64,000 nt of DNA, taken from assembly GCA_002189035.1 (NCBI GenBank), contig CM007989.1, forward strand, positions 2,914,001 to 2,978,000. Reading direction: 5' to 3'. Each line of letters opens with the position of its first letter. Position 1 is the first letter of the stretch. The notes below the pieces were generated by a model. The model was not told the DNA's origin. It made no database searches and worked only from the letters and a program-made list of their open reading frames with translations. The DNA is from Utricularia gibba (taxonomy: Eukaryota; Plantae; Magnoliophyta). The translations under genes were made by a program, and so were the position numbers. Shown here piece by piece: positions 51,136 to 63,752 of the stretch.

Positions 51136-53338
51136 CCTTCTCACCGCCGTCTCCAATTTCCTGCCACCGGAGAGAAGTCTCCCGCGTTCATAAAATGGAA
51201 TAACATAAAAGAAATACACACGCCATTTATACAACTACCCATCCCATGTGATTTCTCCAAAATGCCCTCTCCACACCAATCTCAAATAACCACGTAAATT
51301 CATTTTCCATTATTTTATTCACAAAAAACAGCCCTCGGTGCACTGAATTTGGAAGAATTAATCACGGAATATTCCAGGGTTGAAATCTCACAACCAAACA
51401 CTTTAATATAATAAAAAATAAAAAAAGTGATCCTTGTGCCGACAATAATCACATAATTAATTACACACGTGGACGACGACTTGGCCCCAAGAATTCAAAT
51501 TTGTTTTTCTTTTTTTTTGGATATTAAATTAAGTATGTGGAATCAAAATGGCAACGAAGATGTTCAGTCTAGGGATAGGATGATGTACGTTTATTGTTGC
51601 ACGTTACCCTAGTCAAACGTGTAACAGTGTTCCTATAAGTATTATTATTATTATTTTAATCATGTAAGACATGTACTTATTTTAATCTCGTCGGCAAATT
51701 CTTTTTTCTGCAATTACGAAAGAAATTATAATATTGGTAGATAATAAATGACTATTTTATTTTGATTTTATAGCTTTTAATATTTTGATCGTCATTCAAT
51801 GTAAACTATGGATTATTATGAATAAAATAGTCTGTATTGGAAGCGCACACGTTCACCTGAGATTGGTGGATTCTCATGATATATTGTGTTTCAAATTATG
51901 TATAATAAAATCAGATTTAAAATTAGATGAATAAAATTAATTTTATAATGGTAAATTGTTCCATATAGTAATATAAAATTATATTATAATAAATTAAATT
52001 ATTGTGGAATTTAATATGATGATACTAATATATTTTTCAAATGTATACAAATTAATAATATATATAGTTTAATTATTTTATCTAATCATTGAAATATAAA
52101 TTCAAAAAATTCAATAATTTTCTTATTTTATTAAATAAAAATTAAAAATTAGAATTTTCAAAAATTAAATAGATCATTTCAAAACAATTGTATAAATAGA
52201 TCCGCTGTCCATCAGACATCAGCACCATTTTTATTTGTTGGTATTTTTTAAATAATTAATAAAATTATCGTTTTCTCATGTCGTACAACCCATGTAAAAG
52301 TCAACGGGAAGGAAGAAGAAGAAGATCCAAAGCGGGAGAAGATGTTTAAAAGCGGATTTGCTGACTTTTCACAGAAAATTGTTGATGTGTAAGTGGATAA
52401 TTTTGTTAATTATTTCCATCAAGATCAAAATAATTGCAGTTGAGTAATTATTATATTATGGATCCCAGTTGCAAGGAAGCGAGGGGGCCCGGGAACGCGG
52501 GTAGGGGTGGGGGCAATTAGGGCAAGCGCGGATAATTTAGAATAAATAAATAAAGCGGACAATTATACTATCCAATTGAACTTAAAAAGTCAACAGCTGC
52601 GCGGGGATAAGGAGGAGGACCTTTTGCCTCGTCACGTCCCCATGTGTACCGTTGACATTGATCAGAGAAACGGAGGCATGACGTCACGCTGGCGCAGATG
52701 TGAGGGTAATATGGTCATTGCTCCAACACTGCTTGCGGTTTTGTTTTGACTTTTGAGGGAGGGCCAATGGGAAAGGGACTTCGTCCCCTCCCTCTCTTTC
52801 TTCCTGTCAGCAACTAGACGGATCTGGTATTATTACGGGGAATCTGACTGGCTGACCCATTTGCTTTGATCTTAAACATCGTACAGACCTGCAGTGGTCT
52901 TGTTGCTACTTACGAGATCTGAAATGTAAGTTCAGGGTCAATGTAAATATTTTATATTGGTTACACACGGAAAATTCTTTTCTCCAGAAAAAAAGAACGT
53001 AAAAACATGAGAATTGAATATTTTAAAACAAATAATATCGTATAAAATTGAAGAATGATCGTGAAATAAAATGAAATAAAATGGGGTTTGTTTTGCTGCT
53101 CAAGTTTGGCTTTCCAGATTGGTTGCTGCGGAGTGACTGAGTGTTTCTCTGCAGACAGTGAAAAGTGTTCTCTCTTACTGATACAGGTGAAGAAGATCAG
53201 ATTACAAAGCAAAATCTTCCGAATTCCCTCAATGAGCTCCTTACAGTCCTAATGAACTGCGTTCGAGTGAGGATAATTGAAGCAAGCAGACTGTACATGG
53301 GAGTGTTGCAGACACCATTGTTGTTGGTTTGCGTTGCT

Positions 53339-54930
53339 CTATAGCCTTATGATGTTTTTGTGAACTCTGGTAACGTGCCGGCAGGTGAGTGACACTCTTG
53401 TGCTAGTCCTGTGAATCACAGCATCATCTTGATGCTCTTCTGCTTCCCCTTCTTTCGTGAAGTTTACAGCCTGAATGAAGAACATGGGAATTATCAGATA
53501 AATCCCACGCTTGTTTCAGGTATGAATTCGGCATGTTTCTCACCTCAGCGCATCTCTGATGCTCACAATCTTTTATCCCGTGCAGATACTCTACATATTA
53601 CTTACATATGTGAGGAACAAATGGATGTTCGAACAATTACATGCGCTACTAACCTGTGTATGCCTTGCCCTTGAATATGAGCAAGCTGCGAGGCTTCAGT
53701 ACAATAGAGAAAGCAGTTGAATCTGCATTTGAAATGCTAGGATGGGGAATAAAGTCCATAACCACTGGACTTCCTAGAGATAAAATAGCAACAACGGGGG
53801 CATATGCCGGACCGTCCTGATGTGGCTGCTCCGTCAAAAGGCAGTATATCAACTGACACGAACAATGACTGACTGCTGATAAACTACCTACAAGTAAACA
53901 AACTTGGGGCTCACCAGAATTCCTTGATCTGGTAGATACTCATTGATTAGCACATGATTGATTGCTGAAGGAAACAGCCTTGTATTCTCATGTATCCTCT
54001 GGGTCACATTTTTCAACCAAGATGGCACTGAAAACAAACAAAATTGGACTGCTTTTGTCAAAAAAACGGTCTCATAAGTTCAACATCACCATATGATGGT
54101 GATGGTGGTGAACTCAATTTACGAACTTCACATGAACACGACGCATTAGGAGGTCATTCCTAAACCATGCACTACTCATCAAAGGCCAAGATTGTTACCT
54201 GATTAACGGATTCAACTCTTCAAGCAAGAATACTAAACATGATACAGAGCCATGTTATCAGAAGATGAAGTGTTGTTGCATACGGTAGAAACGTATAGAA
54301 ATGAACGAGTAAGAACAAGGCAAATGAGGGTACACCCTACATGTGCATTAAGTGCTTCTATTTCTTGACACCGCAACCAAGTTTAGCCACAACAACACAA
54401 GAAATTGAAAGTATTCAGATTTCGGTAGCTTTTAAGCAAATATAACAACCTTCAATAAGAAAGCAAAAGCACACAGAGAAACAGGAAAAAAAAAACCATA
54501 TTCAGAAGATGCAAGAATAGCTTGAACTCAACGGAAATCCGTTGGTGTTAAAATGCACTTACACTCCTGAGTCAGGAGGCCCTTTTCATGCACAACGCCT
54601 CCTGCAATTCAGTAGCACATTGTATCATCGCATTTAAATCCCACAACCGAAAAAAAGCAGTAATTTACAATTGCAACTGGAACTAGAGTACCCCAATTCT
54701 GCAGCCTCCGGTTCTTCAGAATTTTCCACTTCGAAACCGGAGCTTCATAAATCTACACAAAAAGGGAAGCAGATTGAGCATATGACGTAGAGTAATATCA
54801 AATATTTGTTCAATTCTTTTACATTTTTCGACAGCAGCTCTTCCTCAGCAGCACTTACAAACTCGGGAATGTAAAATACGGTTGGGACAGCACCAACTAT
54901 GAATTCGGACAAATCTCCATTGTTTCCCAT
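53339..54930 (-). CDS. ALKBH6: AlkB homolog 6 (2OG/Fe(II) dioxygenase)
   Basis: Reads PTVFYIPEF, KWKILKNRRLQNWGGVVHEKGL, NHVLINEY.P.QGI, PHQDGPAY (HxD), LVLKPRSLLIF-type strand, YLHGI, and RVSLTCR (RxxxxxR) in the last exon, which ends at 53339. Confidence 0.92.
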
Positions 54931-55211
54931 TCACTGAATATTAAAAAAAAAGAAAAATCCTAACAATATACGACATGGAAGAACAGAACCCTTACCGAAG
55001 GTCCAAAACCAGAACACGTTAGGCTTTAAGGCCCAATTATGCCATTTGGAAATATGGCCCGGCCCAAATATGTAGATTGGAAAATGACGGCCCGGTTAGT
55101 TTGTAGCATTTGATGAGTGACATTTTTTTCTTGTTTTTTTTGTTTGGTTTTTGGAAGACCAAATTCCAGTTTCGATATCCGGTGATCGATTTCCTGTTCT
55201 CAGCCGGGCCA
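54931..55211. promoter_or_regulatory. 281-bp bidirectional promoter shared by ALKBH6 and VHA-H, with site-II motifs
   Basis: Head-to-head ATGs 281 bp apart. GGCCCA at 55030 and 55061, GGCCC at 55056 and about 55089. Confidence 0.65.
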
Positions 55212-58200
55212 ATGCCGACGAGTCAATCGGAGCTCTCCACAGAACAGGTACCTTCTTGATTGCGTTCGTAGTTAGAAACTGTCTGGATAATTCTCCTTCT
55301 TCTCTGAAGTTTCTGGTGTTTTGAAGGTTGGTTCTCGGGGATATGGGTCAATTAGCAGACATTACGGTTTTTAAAATTTTGGTCAATCTGAAGGTACTGC
55401 AGAGGGATATTCCATGGGAAACATATATGACGACGAAGCTGATAACTGGGACGGGACTTCAGCTGCTGCGACGGTATGACAAGAAACCCGAAAACTACAA
55501 GGCTCAGTTGCTTGACGATGTAATATCCATCGTAATGTGTTTTTATTTGTATTGTCGTGTATCCGTAAATTGTAAAGGGTTGATTTGTACATGTTTCAGT
55601 TTGGGGTGCATGTATATCCGCTTCCGTAAATTTCAAGTTGCCAGTTAGGCTGTGTTATGAGCTATGATGTAGACTGATTGATGAAAACAATTTCATTAGT
55701 TCATCTGTGAAAAGTGGTTAATGTATTGTCTCTGTATTTGACTTCCCTCAAGCATTAAGTGAAGATTGTTATTCTTTTGAATCTGAGTCAAGCTGAATGC
55801 CCGTGGTTTGGATATTAAGGAGGTCTGCTTGAACGAAGCGACCAGGAACTGATGGAACGCCTTCTTTTTTTTTGCAGGATGGCCCATCTTATGTTCGTGT
55901 TTTTGTCGGCATTTTGCGTGACATATTCAAGGAGGAAACTGTGGAATATGTTTTGGCTTTGATTGATGAAATGCTTTCTGGTATGTGGTAAAATGGTTAT
56001 CTTTCCTAAATTTCCTGGTCAAGTAGTACACTGATTTTCCTTGAAATAATACATTACAGCAAACCGAAAGCGTGCAAGATTGTTTCATGATAAGGCTCTC
56101 TGCGATAAAGATGTATACGGACCTTTTGTGAGGCAATGATCCATCTTAGACTGCGTACTTCATTTGTTGCTTCCAACCTAGAGCGTCAGAGCTTCTAATG
56201 CTTCTTTTCAAGGGCATCGGTACTGTTGAATATTTGATAGCGTTTACTTAGACATTGAATGTTAGGGTTGGTTAATCGTACTATTTTTCAAACATCCAAT
56301 TTTTTTAGAAATTTTTGACCTTAATGCATATGTGTTTTGAACTCATCTTTCATATATGGATGAGAATCCGTTTTTTGTTATATCATCATTCAGCCAAAGT
56401 TTTCATTTATTGAAATGAATGACCATTTACTCAAAGCAGATTGCTCTGGAAGGGTAACTGGTTTATACAGGAGAAGAGCTCTAAGTTGCTTTCTCTGATA
56501 GTGAGGTAAGATTATGGGGTTATTGCTCCTTTATTTGTCATTGCTCCTGATATCCTTCTCTTGTTTCCAGTGAAAGACCACCATTTCGAGATTCAGATGC
56601 TGCAAATGGACAATCAAGTTCAAAAAAAGCGATTGCTACAATACCTGATGTTTTGAAGGGCCTAGTTGATTGGTTGTGCTCACAGGTTTATTGATTATTC
56701 TTTGTGTAAAGGCTACTTACTAAAGTTGAAGTTATTTTAGCATTTTTTAACGCCCCCTAATGTATAAAAGTTCTGTGAAGTAGCATTTTCGAGCGTATTA
56801 TTTTGAATAACTAATGTCGTTCAAAGATATGAATTTTTTTCACTGCTTAGTAAATAAACTGTGGATGTGCTTGAAAGATGTTGGCGAATGGTCTTCTACA
56901 GAAACTGGTTTATAGTTGATCTGCCTGTATTTGCACTCTGCAGCTGAGGAATCCTAGTTCTGGTCATGGCATTCCAACTGCCATTAATTGCCTTGCAAAT
57001 CTACTAAGAGAGCCTGAAGTGCGATCTTTTTTTGTGCAAGCAGATGGAGTAAAGTTGCTTATACCTCTAATTTCGCCAGCATCAAGTCAACAATCTATTC
57101 AGGTATCAACAAGGATTTTTATTAGGGCCATTAGGTGTCTGTACCATCCGTTGGATACTTTCATTAACAGTCTGAAATGGAAACCTTAGTTTCCCTTTAT
57201 TATATCTCTTGTGCAAAAGCGTTCTTTGTGTTCGGATACTTTCATGCTGTGAACCTGCAATTGAGTACCTGGATACTTCGAAACCCCTGCCACAATTAAC
57301 CTGAGTTTCCCTTTATTACAGCTCTTGTATGAAACATGCCTTTGTGTTTGGCTGCTTTCATACTATGAACCTGCTATTGGGTACCTGGCTACTTCAAAAG
57401 CCTTGCCACGATTAGTTGAAGTTATCAGAGGATCCACAAAGGAAAAGGTAGCTTCCTAGACTACTCAGTTATGATTTTTTCGCCATTGATGGGCTACATA
57501 CTTGAGTAGTTTGTATGATTTTTTTGAATCCTTCTATTACTAAGCATTTTATTCTCACTGTAGGTTGTAAGAGTGGTTATATTGACACTCAGAAATTTGT
57601 TAGGAAGGGGGATGTTCGGAACTGACATGGTCGAACTTGGCTTGCCACAGCTAGTTCAGAACTTGAAGGCTCAGGCATGGAGCGATGAGGTGAGACGCTA
57701 TTTTCAGTTGCAATTTCCTGTGTAGACTTTTGCTTATTACAAATTTAGAGGGTGAATTGACTAGAATGGAATCTTGGTGAGGAACTTTGGTTTTGACTTC
57801 CTGTGCCATAAGTCCTAATGAATGTTTTCGAACAAGGATTGTCGCTCACTTAACCGCTAAAGCACTATATTATTTGAAGGACCTGATTGAAGCTCTGAAT
57901 CAAATGGAAGAAGCACTTAAGCATAAAATGAAGAACCTAAGTTCTTTTGACAAGTACAGACAGGATGTCCTCCTCGGCCGTCTAGATTGGTCACCTATGC
58001 ATAAGGATCCTGTATTCTGGCGTGAATATGCCACAAGCTTTGAAGAGCACGATTTTCAGGTACGGCTGTTGCTTCATCAATTGCATGATAGTTCCCACCC
58101 TCCCCATAATATGTAGTGCGTTGGTCCTTGAAATCTGTGGAGCATCATCTGGGTTCTTGGAAAGATCCTTGATTGCCCTTCTCAAAATTTTACTTTGCTC

Positions 58201-58481
58201 GAAAACCTTCCTTATAAGTTGATGCGATGCAGATATTAAGGGTCCTCATCACAATTCTCGGCGCATCAACTGATCCCAGAACACTGGCAGTAGCTTGTTT
58301 TGATCTATCACAGTTCATCCAGTACCACCCTGCAGGGCGCATCATCGTGACGGATCTCAAAGCCAAAGAACAAGTCATGAAGTTGATGAGCCATGAGAAT
58401 TCCGAGGTCACAAAGAATGCGTTGCTCTGCATTCAAAGGCTGTTCCTTGGTGGTAAATATGCAAGCTTCATGCAGGCCTGA
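55212..58481 (+). CDS. VHA-H: V-type H+-ATPase subunit H (11 exons)
   Basis: Motifs [97 protein letters not shown]. Intron 4 starts with GC at 56133. Confidence 0.96.
57182..57413 (+). repeat. 116-bp tandem duplication: degenerate intronic copy (57182-57297) of the acceptor and 5' part of VHA-H exon 8
   Basis: The two units align without gaps at an offset of 116 nt. The acceptor acag is atat in the upstream copy. Confidence 0.9.
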
Positions 58482-58602
58482 TTCATGTTCTCTGCAACCG
58501 GTTCCTGTTTCTCTGTCGATAACACGTACACTTGTGAAAAAATTCATATAAGTTGGATTTGACCTTTTTGTTGTGTATCTGATTGTTTCCTCCATGTCCA
58601 GT

Positions 58603-60381
58603 TCACTCTACACAGGACTGAAGACATGAGGTGGGAATGGCCAAAAGAGGATTAGCTCTGCAACAAACCAAACCAAAGTGCTCCTCCATGTCCAGTTCAC
58701 CATCACCAACAGCTTCCCAATCAAAGCAATGCACCATCTGAGCTACCACCAGACGCACCAGAAGCAGCCCCAGCTGCATCCCAGGGCACTCCCTTCTCCC
58801 TGAACCAAAAGCCAGCACCTCAAAATCCTTCCCCACTTCACCACCACTACTCCAAAATCTTTCAGGCCAAAACCTCTCGGCTTCTGGCCACACTTCCGGG
58901 TCTCTCCCTATAGCCCAGGCATTCACCAACACTCTGGATCCCTTGGGGACGTAATACCCGTCTAGCTCGCAATCTTCTAAGGATTCATGTGGGACCAGCA
59001 ATGGGACTACTGGGTGCAGCCTCAGTGTCTCCTTGATCACACAGTTCAAGTAGCGGAGGTTGTGCAGGTGTGATTCATCTACAGTGCTGCGATTCCCCAC
59101 AACTGAGGTGAGTTCTTGCTTGAGTTTCTTCATGACTGGAGGGTTCCTCATGAGTTCTGATAATGCCCATTCTATTGCTGCTGAAGAAGTGTCCATTCCT
59201 GCTACCAGCAAATCCTGTTCAACAAAAAAAAAAAAAAGGGAAAGGATTGAATCCAAATTATCAAAATTGATAAAAAAAAAATTCAATTCAAGTTCAGCCC
59301 TCTATAAAAAAGGAATTATAAGTTGATGTAAAGCTATATACAAAAAATTATTGGAAAATTATATCAAATTGTTATAGAAAATAACTAAAAATATATTTTA
59401 GCCGGATTTTTTTTTTCAAAAAAATTGAATTATTTTAATCGGTGGGTAAAATTTTTGTACCATGAGTACGGCTTTGAGATGGCGCCGGTCAAATTCAAAA
59501 GCAGCAGCGGTAGGAGTTGCAGAAGCCAGCGGCGGCTTCTTCATGGAAGAAAGCATGGAATCCACGAAATCAAGATCGCGGTCATCATCTTCGTCGTCCT
59601 TCTTCATCATCTCGTGATCCTTCACTATCTTCTCCAGAAACCCATCAAATATGTTTCTCATCTCCTTCAATCTCCGATTCATTCCGTGAATGTCCAGAGC
59701 TTCTATCAGTGGAAAATAATCCGCAGGGTTGAACTTACCCGCCAACTCAATTGCTTCCTGGATCACGCCCTTGAACCCCGTTTCGTCGATTTCTTTGTCC
59801 TCGTACTTTCTTCCGAACACCATTAAACAATTCATGTCGCCAATTAGGGAAGAAATACGGCGGCTGATATCCACTGCCTCCCGCTTCTCCGCCGAGGAGT
59901 TAACCCGATCGATGAACTCTAGAATTTCCCTCTTTCTCATCGATTGAAATTGATTGATTCTACGGGTACTGAGGAGTTCGGTTTTGCATAGTTTCCTCAT
60001 GTTGCGCCAGTATGGACCGTAGGGGGAGCATGCCAGGCCTCTGAGGTCGTAGCTCAAGTATCTGCCGACTTGATTTCTAGCTCTGCCGGCGAAAACCTGA
60101 TCATGGGTTTTGAGGACAAGCTCCGCTGCCTTCGGCGACGAGATGACGATGCATTGCACGAATCCCAGACGCAGCCCCATGATGGGGCCGTGTTTTTGGG
60201 CGAGGTAACGGAGATCGCGGTGAGGGTTTTTGCCTAGAAGATGAAAATGGCCGATGATGGGGAGGCTTGTCGGACCAGGAGGAAGACTTTTCCTGCCCGC
60301 CGGTGTGAGCAGACGTCGCCGGAGGTAAACAAATATGGTGGCTATGGTAATCACCGCAGCCCAAAACCAGAAGGTCTCCAT
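58603..60381 (-). CDS. Cytochrome P450, CYP71 clan (CYP736A/CYP71AU-like), 2 exons
   Basis: Motifs [30 protein letters not shown]|[35 protein letters not shown] and the heme motif [10 protein letters not shown]. One intron at the conserved A-type position. Confidence 0.9.
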
Positions 60382-60788
60382 CTCCTATTGACTTCCTGTG
60401 TGCTTTCCTGCTCTGCTTCCTTCGTCCATTATAATACGAGTGTCGATGGTTGACCTTGAAACGATTGGTGAATAGAGGTTAGGTCTGAATCTCCTGCGTG
60501 CGGTGTAAATTGCATCTGAACCAGTAGGCGACTGCAACCTTCCACGGCTCGCTGGCTTCTCAACCACCCCTTAGATAAGGATGCCTAATCCTAAGAGTGT
60601 CATCATCAACCTCGTGACAATCTCTACCATTTGCAGGTTCATAGCCTCTCTGGTAACTCGGGCAAAATGGATCCACTCAACTCTGAAGAAACTGTCTTTG
60701 AAGTTTATATGATTATTCAAGAATCAAATCAATGGTTGCAGAATGGCAAATCAGATCAAACCCAAGAGGGAGCAACTGCAAAGGAATA

Positions 60789-63079
60789 CTAGTACGAAAC
60801 TGAGCAGTCAACAGCTGCAACCTTGGAAGTCTTCGTGTTCAGCCTCGCCTTCTCCTCACGGGGAACTCCTAACCAGTTCTGGATGAGTTGAAATACCTTT
60901 TTGTCGCTCAGAAGCTCCCGGTGACTTGAAGGGACCCCCACTCTTTCCACAGCCGCCAGGCCGTCCGCCACCGCTGATTCGGATGGCACAGTCCCGTCGC
61001 CGTCTACGTACGAGTACTCAGGCTGGAAGACCAGATTATGACACATGTATGCCAACAAGCGTACATACAAAGCAAACGAGTGTAGATGTGTGCTCACCAG
61101 TGAGTGGCATATTTCGGATAGATCGTCGATGGGGAAGACTCCGAGCCATAGCTGCGAAAGGATTTCTTTGACCAGAAAAACAAAAAAACAGTGCAGAGGT
61201 CAGCTTGTAAGAAGTGGCATACCAGACATCAAAAGCTGTGTCGATGGATGTCCCATATATGTTGTAGAAGGAGACCCCATCAGGGACTTGAGTTTTGTTT
61301 AGGAGTTCTCGAGTCCCAGAAGCATGCTTAAGAATCTCGTGGTTGAAAGGAACAGCAACAGTTTTCCCTTCATAGTTAAGCTGTAAACACAACATCAACA
61401 AGTCTTTTCATAAAAGGCCAAAAACTAGTGAAATCATCAAGCAGAACTACAGGTACCCAGCTAACAACTTTGAATAAACTAGTTGCATAAAGCGACAAAA
61501 AAGCCAGGGGAAGAAAAGGCAGCACCTTATTGTCCTTCAAGGCTTCATCAAAGAGAGAAATGCTTTCCTCAATTCCATAAGATTCCAATGAAGCTGATGT
61601 CTCGTTGTCTTCGACATGCTTTCTCCACACTTGAATCTCGGGCTGCTTCTTCCACTTGAAGGCATGGTTTGACAACATCTCATACACGCAGGGACACTCC
61701 ACCAGCTAAAAAAAGGGAATAAATCGAAGAGATGTTGATGAGAGGCAATGGTATGGCAAACAAAGGATGCCCATCTTCCATTATCGAAGTATGCCTATTA
61801 CCAGTTGGTGCATTGACCATCTGGATACAAAGAGTAAACTTTCAAAGCCTTCAACAAACTGCAATCCCGTGAGTAAACAATCATTAATGTACCCTGGAGC
61901 ACCTGATTTAGGGGAAAAAAAACAGCCTGAAGATCATTTGGGATTCAACTGGTAGAAAGGAAAACTAAATGACTGGTGTCATATTTCGGAATCAAGAAGT
62001 TAATCAACAAAGAGGAAGCAATATTTGCCTTCTAAAAGAGATGCATTGGAGTTGTGCCTGACTTAAGCAGTGGAGCTTCAAATAAACGCTGCGATGGACA
62101 TTTACCTTGAAAGGGAGTACCTATTGTAATCCACTTATTCACGTACTTGGAGAAAAGCTGCAGTTCCAAAGTTAACATGAATCAGCATATACATCCTCCT
62201 GCTAACTAAAAAGAACGATCAAGAATACATACATCACTGTACAGTGAAATGAAGCATGAGACTAGCAATCCACCCATTGAATGAGAGATTATGTTCACTT
62301 TCCTCCCCCTGAAGATTTAAATGCAGTCTCTAACTTGTTCTTCAGGCCATTAAGCGATCTATCACATCTGAAAAAATGCAGGAATGGTCCATGAACATAT
62401 TATTAGCCCCTACTAGAAGCATAAAATCACTTGGCATCTAGCCAGCCATCCATATCCTTGAAGGTAAGTACCTAATACTCTGGCGGAAGTCATATCCATA
62501 ACCAAATAATGTGGTTCCTTTCTCATAGCCACATCCAACAAGCATGTCAATCATATCATGAAAATGGTAAAGACTAGTCAGATGCAGAAGCTTTACCCAC
62601 TGGGACATCATGAGAAACAACATTAGTATCAGTAGCATGTACAGTTTAGATAGCTGATTAGGAAAAAACAGGGTAATCGCATATCTAACCAAAGAAGGGT
62701 CCAAAATATCAATTGCATACAACCCATAATCATCATCAGGCACTACAATCTCAGTGCTATCGTCCAATGGTTCAGTGTAACCTGCATAACCCACAATGCC
62801 AAGAACACGGGTTCACATTGATCATGAAAAGATAAGAGGAAAAATGCTCATACCCGTTTCAGGATTGTAGATTGACCATAGCTTCTTCCTGAACTCGCGA
62901 TCAGCAAGCAGAATCCGGACCCAAACCCGCGTCAGGGATCCAGACTTCTTCTTCTTGGAATTAAGAATGGACCCACAAGCACCAGAGATCAATAGAACCG
63001 GGTCCCTGTCTGCGGTGGGTTCGTCTTGCTCGTACGAGCAGCGCGAGTTGTAGAAGCAGCAGCAGTAGTCCTTGAGCAT
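60789..63079 (-). CDS. LCAT3: Phospholipase A1 LCAT3 (LCAT-like 3); two 1-nt frameshifts
   Basis: Motifs DPVLLISG, RVWVRILLAD.EFRKKLWS.YNPETGYTE, YHFHDMIDML..CGY.KGTTLFGYGYDFRQS, ISHSMGG (catalytic Ser), PFQGAPG, YVDGDGTVP, HRELL. One base is missing at 62305-62309 and one at 61131-61134. Confidence 0.93.
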
Positions 63080-63752
63080 GGCCGCCGCGTGGGAAAGAGC
63101 TCTTGTTTTTCCTTCTTTCGAGGGTTCAATTCAATTGGTGAATAAAAGTATAGCTGCAAGCCTGCAACTGCACGTGTAAGATTACAGATATAGTGTGGCG
63201 TTCATTCAGCATCAAAAACTGATTTTTTTTTCGAGGAATAAAAAAAACTGAAGCTTGAGCTCCACTCCCGTAAAGGAAGACAAGGTGATGATTTTCTGCT
63301 CTGTGAAATCTGAACGGGGTTTCATGGAATGAAAGCATATTCTTATTATGCGGATACGAGATTCCAAGAAACTTTTATATAAACAGACTTTTGGGCTTCG
63401 TCCCCAGTACCCACCCCACAGGAACGAAGAGACGTTTCAGACCGTTACCTTGAAAAAGGTGAAAGCTTTTTGATTGCTAGTAGACAGTTGATGGTAAAGC
63501 AATAGAGCTACAGTTGCCATGAAAACACACACATACACACTAAAAATGCATTCTTTCGCTGCTCAATGATCTGATGAACTGTACAAAATACATACAAGAT
63601 CACGTCTCCAAATCACCCCAACATACGGAGTACGATGGGATGCCCATCGGAGGGTGGGTTGGTTCCAGATTCATCTCCGAAAAATCTAATATGCCTTCTG
63701 AGACTGGCAACGAAAGCAAGAACCAAGTATCTAAATGGATACATCTTGATCC

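Noticed and set aside
51400-52300. Long AT-rich stretch upstream of CHX (and the AT-rich D27 intron at about 7025-7264) as possible transposon relics
   Set aside because: I could not identify terminal repeats, TSDs or coding remnants by eye. Low complexity alone is not enough.
53335-53440. ATGATG...CATCAT inverted repeat resembling a C/D snoRNA or miR172 hairpin
   Set aside because: It is the last coding exon of ALKBH6 on the minus strand. There is no proper D box and no full miR172 match.
6222-63079. Possible lipid/isoprenoid biosynthetic gene cluster (D27, VTE3, MCCA, CYP86A, FAP1, CYP71-clan P450, LCAT3)
   Set aside because: The enzymes belong to unrelated pathways and compartments and are interleaved with housekeeping genes. 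There is no scaffold-forming enzyme and no tandem tailoring array. From memory, several are also neighbours in Arabidopsis (D27, MCCA, FZL), which fits ordinary ancestral synteny.
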